64,000 nucleotides of DNA from Prevotella sp. (GTDB taxonomy: Bacteria > Bacteroidota > Bacteroidia > Bacteroidales > Dysgonomonadaceae): positions 1-64,000 of the forward strand of contig JAITVV010000018.1 of NCBI GenBank assembly GCA_031285625.1, written 5' to 3'. Of this stretch, positions 58,973 through 64,000 are shown one piece after another. The position numbers and the translations under genes are program-made. The notes beneath the pieces are model-generated. The model did not search any database, was not told the origin of the DNA, and saw nothing but the letters and a program-made list of their open reading frames with translations. Within the stretch, counting starts at the first letter, position 1, and each line of letters starts with the position of its first letter.

Positions 58973-60799
58973 TTATTTTTCTTTTGTATTTTTTATAACA
59001 GCTTCATTTATTTGTTTTACTTTATTCAAATCCATTTTTTCTACCCAGCGATCATAGGTTACCAAACCATTTATCTCATGCTCTACATCTGTAGTCTGGG
59101 TGTAAACAGCAGCACTCAGGCCATAATATTTTACGATCTGTTCCAATTCGTTGAGCATTAGAATATATGTGTCTGTCAGATTTTCTTTATTAAGCATCAT
59201 TTCATATGCATCGTTACGTACAGGCCATAAATGATCCCGTACAAACAATCCTTTTCCTCCGAATTCGCCAAGTGAAGCTGCTCGCTTTTCATCAGGTCGT
59301 GGCATCGCTTTAAGTTGAATTTTTCCATAGTGGTGAAGATCTACGAAATCACCATTGCCAGGATCACCATATGCGGGACGATAACCAGGAGCATTATTAT
59401 ACCCCGAATTTCCATTTACTAAACGTGTAGGATCATACTTCTTCACCCAATCTGTAATATCCGCTACTTCAAAAGCACCCCAATTTTCATTGAACGGAAC
59501 CCATTGGATGATAGAAGGGGAACTTATATGCTGATCGATCATTGCTTTTAATTCCTGGCGAAACTGCTTGCGAACAGCAACGGAATCTACGTCGTCAGGT
59601 TCCCACAGATTAGGCATGTCCTGCCATACAAGTAGTCCTAAACGATCGCAATGATAGTACCAGCGTTGTGGTTCTATCTTGATATGTTTACGTATCATAT
59701 TAAAGCCGGACCGCTTAGCTAATTCTATATCATACAATAGGGCACTGTCGGTAGGAGCTGTAAAAATACCGTCGGGCCAGTATCCCTGATCCAAAAGGCC
59801 TATCTGGAATACAAATTCTCCATTCAGCAATATACGATTAAATTCTCCAACCTTTTCGATAGTTATCGAACGCATTCCGAAATAAGAATCAATTTCGTCT
59901 ATTACTTTTCCCTGACGATCTTTGAGTTGGAGTTTTAAATCATATAAAAAGGGATTATCCGGACTCCATGTCTTAGGGTTTTTGATTGGAATATAAAATG
60001 CCTTGTTGGTTGTTCCTTGTGTTTTGCCCACTTCGGTGAACCCATCTTTGGCTATTGCTGAAACACTAAGGTCTGATTTGTCTGCATAGGCTACTACTTC
60101 CAGACGACTGTTCTTTAGGTCGGGAATCAACTTAATTTGAGAAATGTATTGTTTTTCTACCGGTTCAAGCCAGACTGTTTGCCATATGCCGGATGTAAAG
60201 GTATAATCACCACGGGGGCCATTCTTGCCACAAGCTGTTTTGCCGTCATTCGGATCATATGCACCTACGACAAGAATATTGTTTCCTGCTTTTATAAAAT
60301 CTGAAATGTCAAGGGTAAAAGCATCATAACCTCCTGTATGCGAACCCACCTTTTTCCCATTTATAAAGACTGTTGCAATATGGTCTACGGCTCCAAAATG
60401 CAACAAAATATTTTTACCATTCCACTCTTTAGGAATTGTGAAATTGCGACGATACCAAAGATTTGTTTCACCTTTTCGTTTCACTCCTGATAGCTCTGCT
60501 TCTGGTGGGAATGGTACGCGTATTTTCTCCGGCGTGGCTGGAAATACAGGGGAAACTGTCACCGTAAGAGGATTTGTGAAATCTTTACCTCCCATATAAT
60601 CCCACATGCCATTCAAATTCAACCATTTCGATCGGACCATTTGGGGACGAGGATATTCCTGTAGAGGTGTCTCTGCCTGTAAGGCTCTTTCTGTCCAAGG
60701 AGTTGGTAATGTAAAAGAACTAGTATTCTGTGATTTTATTCCAGAAAACCCGGTTAATAATAAGCAGATTAAGAGAAGGCTGCTTTTCACTTTTATCAT
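58973..60799 (-). CDS. GH2 glycoside hydrolase
   Basis: [37 protein letters not shown], acid/base FNENWG, nucleophile LGEFGG. Confidence 0.92.
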   Translation of the reverse strand: MIKVKSSLLLICLLLTGFSGIKSQNTSSFTLPTPWTERALQAETPLQEYPRPQMVRSKWLNLNGMWDYMGGKDFTNPLTVTVSPVFPATPEKIRVPFPPEAELSGVKRKGETNLWYRRNFTIPKEWNGKNILLHFGAVDHIATVFINGKKVGSHTGGYDAFTLDISDFIKAGNNILVVGAYDPNDGKTACGKNGPRGDYTFTSGIWQTVWLEPVEKQYISQIKLIPDLKNSRLEVVAYADKSDLSVSAIAKDGFTEVGKTQGTTNKAFYIPIKNPKTWSPDNPFLYDLKLQLKDRQGKVIDEIDSYFGMRSITIEKVGEFNRILLNGEFVFQIGLLDQGYWPDGIFTAPTDSALLYDIELAKRSGFNMIRKHIKIEPQRWYYHCDRLGLLVWQDMPNLWEPDDVDSVAVRKQFRQELKAMIDQHISSPSIIQWVPFNENWGAFEVADITDWVKKYDPTRLVNGNSGYNNAPGYRPAYGDPGNGDFVDLHHYGKIQLKAMPRPDEKRAASLGEFGGKGLFVRDHLWPVRNDAYEMMLNKENLTDTYILMLNELEQIVKYYGLSAAVYTQTTDVEHEINGLVTYDRWVEKMDLNKVKQINEAVIKNTKEK

Positions 60800-60843
60800 T
60801 TCTAATTTAGTTATTGATTATACACTCTCAGTTCTTCAGGCAA

Positions 60844-60882
60844 TACTTCTCCTTTATTCTATTTTGGAATAAAGGAGAAGTA
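60844..60882. terminator. 16-bp hairpin between susD and GH2 (attenuator or stabiliser)
   Basis: tacttctcctttattc/gaataaaggagaagta; no U tract on the coding strand. Confidence 0.6.
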
Positions 60883-60926
60883 AACTTACCAAAAGAATAT
60901 TTTAATTACAATTCTTCTATTCAGAT

Positions 60927-62618
60927 TTAATCCCAACCAGGATTATTTGGTGCGAGATTTTTATTAAGCTGGAGTTCATCCAATGGAAGAGAAAAATAAT
61001 AATTTTTAGGGGTCACAAAGTTACGATTTGCTACAGGTTCTACTATTAAGAAACCTTCGCTATCTACTAAGCCCGGATTTCCACTATTTAAGACTTCCAG
61101 ATCTTCGTATTCTGTCCCTTTGTATTTTATACCTCTGATGGCTTGCTTCAATTCTGTTTCAGCTGTTTTCCAACGTCTCAGATCGTCGCGCCTGAAACCC
61201 TCAAACGCAAGTTCGACTGTTCGCTCGCGACGTATTTCAGTTAACATATTTAAGCCGTTATCTGTTATGAATTTATTAGTCAGGCCAGGCATTTCAACTC
61301 CTTTGCGAGAACGGATCACATTGATTGTATTTCTTAAAACTTCATCACTGATAGAACCATTTTTCTCGTATGTTGCTTCTGCCAAAATGAGTAACACTTC
61401 GGGATAGCGGATAATATGATAATCATAAGTCGCTTCGTTTGTGTTTCCTTTAACTTCTCCCATAAATTTCCATAGTTTATACCCTGTACGTGTTTCAGGC
61501 CGGGTTGTAAATTTAGGTGAACATATCAGGTCTCCTTCCTGAGCACTAATATACGCAGTTCCAGGCATTAATAACGTTTGGCTCATACGGGGGTCACGGT
61601 TCTTGAATTCATCCTCTATCTTCTCATAGCCAGAAAATCCTGCTCCGGGAACGTCGATTGGTAACCCTGTGCTTTTACACAGATACATATCTGCCATTTT
61701 TTTAGTTGGAGTACCTCTCCAACCCCAATATGTTGAATGTGCGGTGGAATGCATTGCAACATCTTTGGCATAGCGACGAGAAAAAATACCTTCTGGTGAA
61801 TCATCCCCTTTTTCTATAAATAACTGACGATAACTCTGATCGCCTTCCTTTTCGAATAGCCGATATTCGTTACTGGCTATTACTTTTTCGGCTGCAGTTA
61901 TTGCCTGATCTAGTAATTCCACATAATCGGTACGATGTTTATGGTTCTTAGCCCAAGTACCCGAAAATAGAGCAACTCTTGCTTTTAGAGCCAATGCAGC
62001 ACCCCTTGTTACACGTCCTAGTTCGTCTGTTGTAAGTTCGCTCTGTAATGGAAGTTTATTATATATTGCCTCCAATTCTGAAAGAATAAAATCTTCTATA
62101 TCTTTCTGTGGTGTTCTGGCGCTATATAGTTCTGGAGAATCGAACGTCAACGGGATTGTTATCAATGGAACCTCGGTGTATCTTTTCATCAAGCGCCAGT
62201 AATAATATGCTCTGAAAAAACGTGCTTCCATTACATAACGTTCAATTTCGGTAACATCACCTTTATAAGTTTCACTTTTTTGAACAATCAGGTTGCTGCT
62301 ACGAATTTGTTCATAGCATATATTCCATTCGTCCTCACTATTGGGAGCGATTTGTGTCCCATTACTTATTGTGTTTTCCGATAATTCGTAAGCAATATCA
62401 CTATCTACGTCTCTTGCCTTGTTGTCTTTTGCATAAATAACGAGAAAAGTTTCGAGATCGTTATACAATTGATTAGCAGCCTTTACGTAAGCAGCCGAAT
62501 TATCCCAATACCATTCGTCAGGTAATTCGGATTTGGGAGATAAATCGATATCTTCACAACTCTGCGTAGTTATAAGGGCAACTACTGCAGCAGAAATTAT
62601 TAATATATATTTTTTCAT
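60927..62618 (-). CDS. SusD/RagB family lipoprotein
   Basis: Lipobox TQSC; EARFFRAYYY, RDPRM, ERTVELAFEGFR, NNPGW. Confidence 0.95.
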   Translation of the reverse strand: MKKYILIISAAVVALITTQSCEDIDLSPKSELPDEWYWDNSAAYVKAANQLYNDLETFLVIYAKDNKARDVDSDIAYELSENTISNGTQIAPNSEDEWNICYEQIRSSNLIVQKSETYKGDVTEIERYVMEARFFRAYYYWRLMKRYTEVPLITIPLTFDSPELYSARTPQKDIEDFILSELEAIYNKLPLQSELTTDELGRVTRGAALALKARVALFSGTWAKNHKHRTDYVELLDQAITAAEKVIASNEYRLFEKEGDQSYRQLFIEKGDDSPEGIFSRRYAKDVAMHSTAHSTYWGWRGTPTKKMADMYLCKSTGLPIDVPGAGFSGYEKIEDEFKNRDPRMSQTLLMPGTAYISAQEGDLICSPKFTTRPETRTGYKLWKFMGEVKGNTNEATYDYHIIRYPEVLLILAEATYEKNGSISDEVLRNTINVIRSRKGVEMPGLTNKFITDNGLNMLTEIRRERTVELAFEGFRRDDLRRWKTAETELKQAIRGIKYKGTEYEDLEVLNSGNPGLVDSEGFLIVEPVANRNFVTPKNYYFSLPLDELQLNKNLAPNNPGWD

Positions 62619-62639
62619 AATTTTGTACTTTAAATAGAA

Positions 62640-64000
62640 TTAGAAAACAATACTTGCACCAAAAGAAAAATTACGGGCAAACGGATAAGATATGATAGAT
62701 GGTTGTTCAATTCCGTCTCCTCTTATTCCTATATCTTCAGGGTCCCAGCCTTTAGGTGCATTATGTATCTCAAATAGGTCTTCAGCACTGAAATATACTC
62801 TTATCTTCTCCAATTTAATTTTCTCAGTATATCTTTTTGGTATTGTATAACCAACCTGTAGATTTTTCATGCGTATATAAGCTACATTATGTTTTGTGTT
62901 GGTTGAGTATTGATAGTTGTAATTTCGCTTATCCTTACTTGTTATGGCTGGATACTTGGCATCCGTTCTTTCTGCTGTCCATGTTTTACCATACCAGTAT
63001 TCGGAAGACTGATACCATGGCTGAGGGAAAGGCATTCTGGCTTCACCTTCCAGGAACATAGTACGGCGGCCTACTCCCTGAAAGAAAGCTCCCAGGTCGA
63101 TTCCTTTATATTCGATATTCAGATTCAAACCGAATGTATAGCGTGGATTCAAGTCTCCTAAATATTTAACGTCTCCACTACCAGCTTCACCGTTACCTAG
63201 TGTTGTCAACTTTCCGTCTCCATCAAGGTCCTTATATTTAGCATCTCCTACAGCTAAGTCTCCCGGAATACCTCCGTTTTTGAAATGTGCTTTGTATTCT
63301 TGCAGTTCCTGTTCTGTTTGGATGATTCCATCAAACTCATACCCAAAATATGAATTTAGAGGATAACCTTTGGGTGAGTCATTTAAACCTAATTGAATCA
63401 ATTGATCCCCTGCTCTTTCTACCATTTCGTTTTTAGCATCACTTAAGCTACCTCTTACCGAGTAACTGACATTTCCAATGCGGTCTCTCCAACCTATTGC
63501 TACTTCCCAACCATTGATTTTTAAATGGCCGTCATTGGTTGTAGGAGGATCGATCCCAAGCATTTTAGGATAAGATTTCAGGATGAGCATATTCTTATTT
63601 TCTTTCCAGAAATAATCGAAAGATCCATATAGTCTGTTATTCAATATGCTGAAATCCAATCCGATATCTGTTGTGTGGATAGTTTCCCATGTGCGTTCGG
63701 TAGAAACCAGATTCTTTGCTTTGTACATTTGACCTTTCAGTCCGTTTCCGAATGGGTAATAAACGTCTTTTCCTCCCGATCTGTTGATCGCCATAAATGC
63801 TATGTAGTCGTAATAAGCATTTCCAAGCTGGTTACCCATTTCTCCATATGAAGCCCTTAATTTTAGATCATCAAAAATGTTCAGATTCTTCATAAGTTGT
63901 TCTTCGCCTAAGCGCCAGGCAACACTTACTCCCGGGAACCAGCCCCAGCGATGTCCTTTAGCATATCGAGAGCTACCATCGGCACGTAGCGTACCTTCGA
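62640..64000 (-). CDS. SusC-like TonB-dependent transporter, 3' part (start lies outside the window)
   Basis: The frame stays open past track start 63893 to the window end (RADGSSRY...WGWFPGVSVAWRL); LKLRASYG; terminal Phe. Confidence 0.95.
   Translation of the reverse strand, partial: EGTLRADGSSRYAKGHRWGWFPGVSVAWRLGEEQLMKNLNIFDDLKLRASYGEMGNQLGNAYYDYIAFMAINRSGGKDVYYPFGNGLKGQMYKAKNLVSTERTWETIHTTDIGLDFSILNNRLYGSFDYFWKENKNMLILKSYPKMLGIDPPTTNDGHLKINGWEVAIGWRDRIGNVSYSVRGSLSDAKNEMVERAGDQLIQLGLNDSPKGYPLNSYFGYEFDGIIQTEQELQEYKAHFKNGGIPGDLAVGDAKYKDLDGDGKLTTLGNGEAGSGDVKYLGDLNPRYTFGLNLNIEYKGIDLGAFFQGVGRRTMFLEGEARMPFPQPWYQSSEYWYGKTWTAERTDAKYPAITSKDKRNYNYQYSTNTKHNVAYIRMKNLQVGYTIPKRYTEKIKLEKIRVYFSAEDLFEIHNAPKGWDPEDIGIRGDGIEQPSIISYPFARNFSFGASIVF

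Noticed and set aside
637-63161. Numerous 60-185 aa ORFs nested in or antisense to the called genes
   Set aside because: They overlap well-supported genes and show no recognisable motifs.

Overview
Bacteroidales chromosomal window (gene content and style suggest Dysgonomonadaceae; taxonomy is inferred). Most of it is housekeeping: metF (partial), rseP, dxr, spt, the moxR-batABCDE locus, pgk, ruvC, lipB, lpdA, nadK, pdxJ, ndh, pflB-pflA-focA, and two SusC/SusD loci. Two regions stand out. (1) 7094-14635 is an expanded RNA-repair/ribosome-rescue operon. rtcB and prfH bracket seven mostly uncharacterised genes, including a Dbr1-like metallophosphoesterase, and a basic protein precedes rtcB. The operon has a clean Bacteroidetes promoter and a ~260-nt structured leader with uORFs. 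(2) 43188-47510 is a pyruvate formate-lyase/activase/formate-channel operon behind a complete cobalamin riboswitch, an unusual regulatory pairing. Smaller signals include an M23 peptidase lacking its metal ligands, an in-frame tandem gene fusion, a DonS-like antisense sRNA layout at susC, a shared ECF promoter motif, a frameshifted TonB gene, a RAYT/REP remnant and a twice-occurring intergenic motif. All calls come from reading the sequence and motifs; no searches were run.
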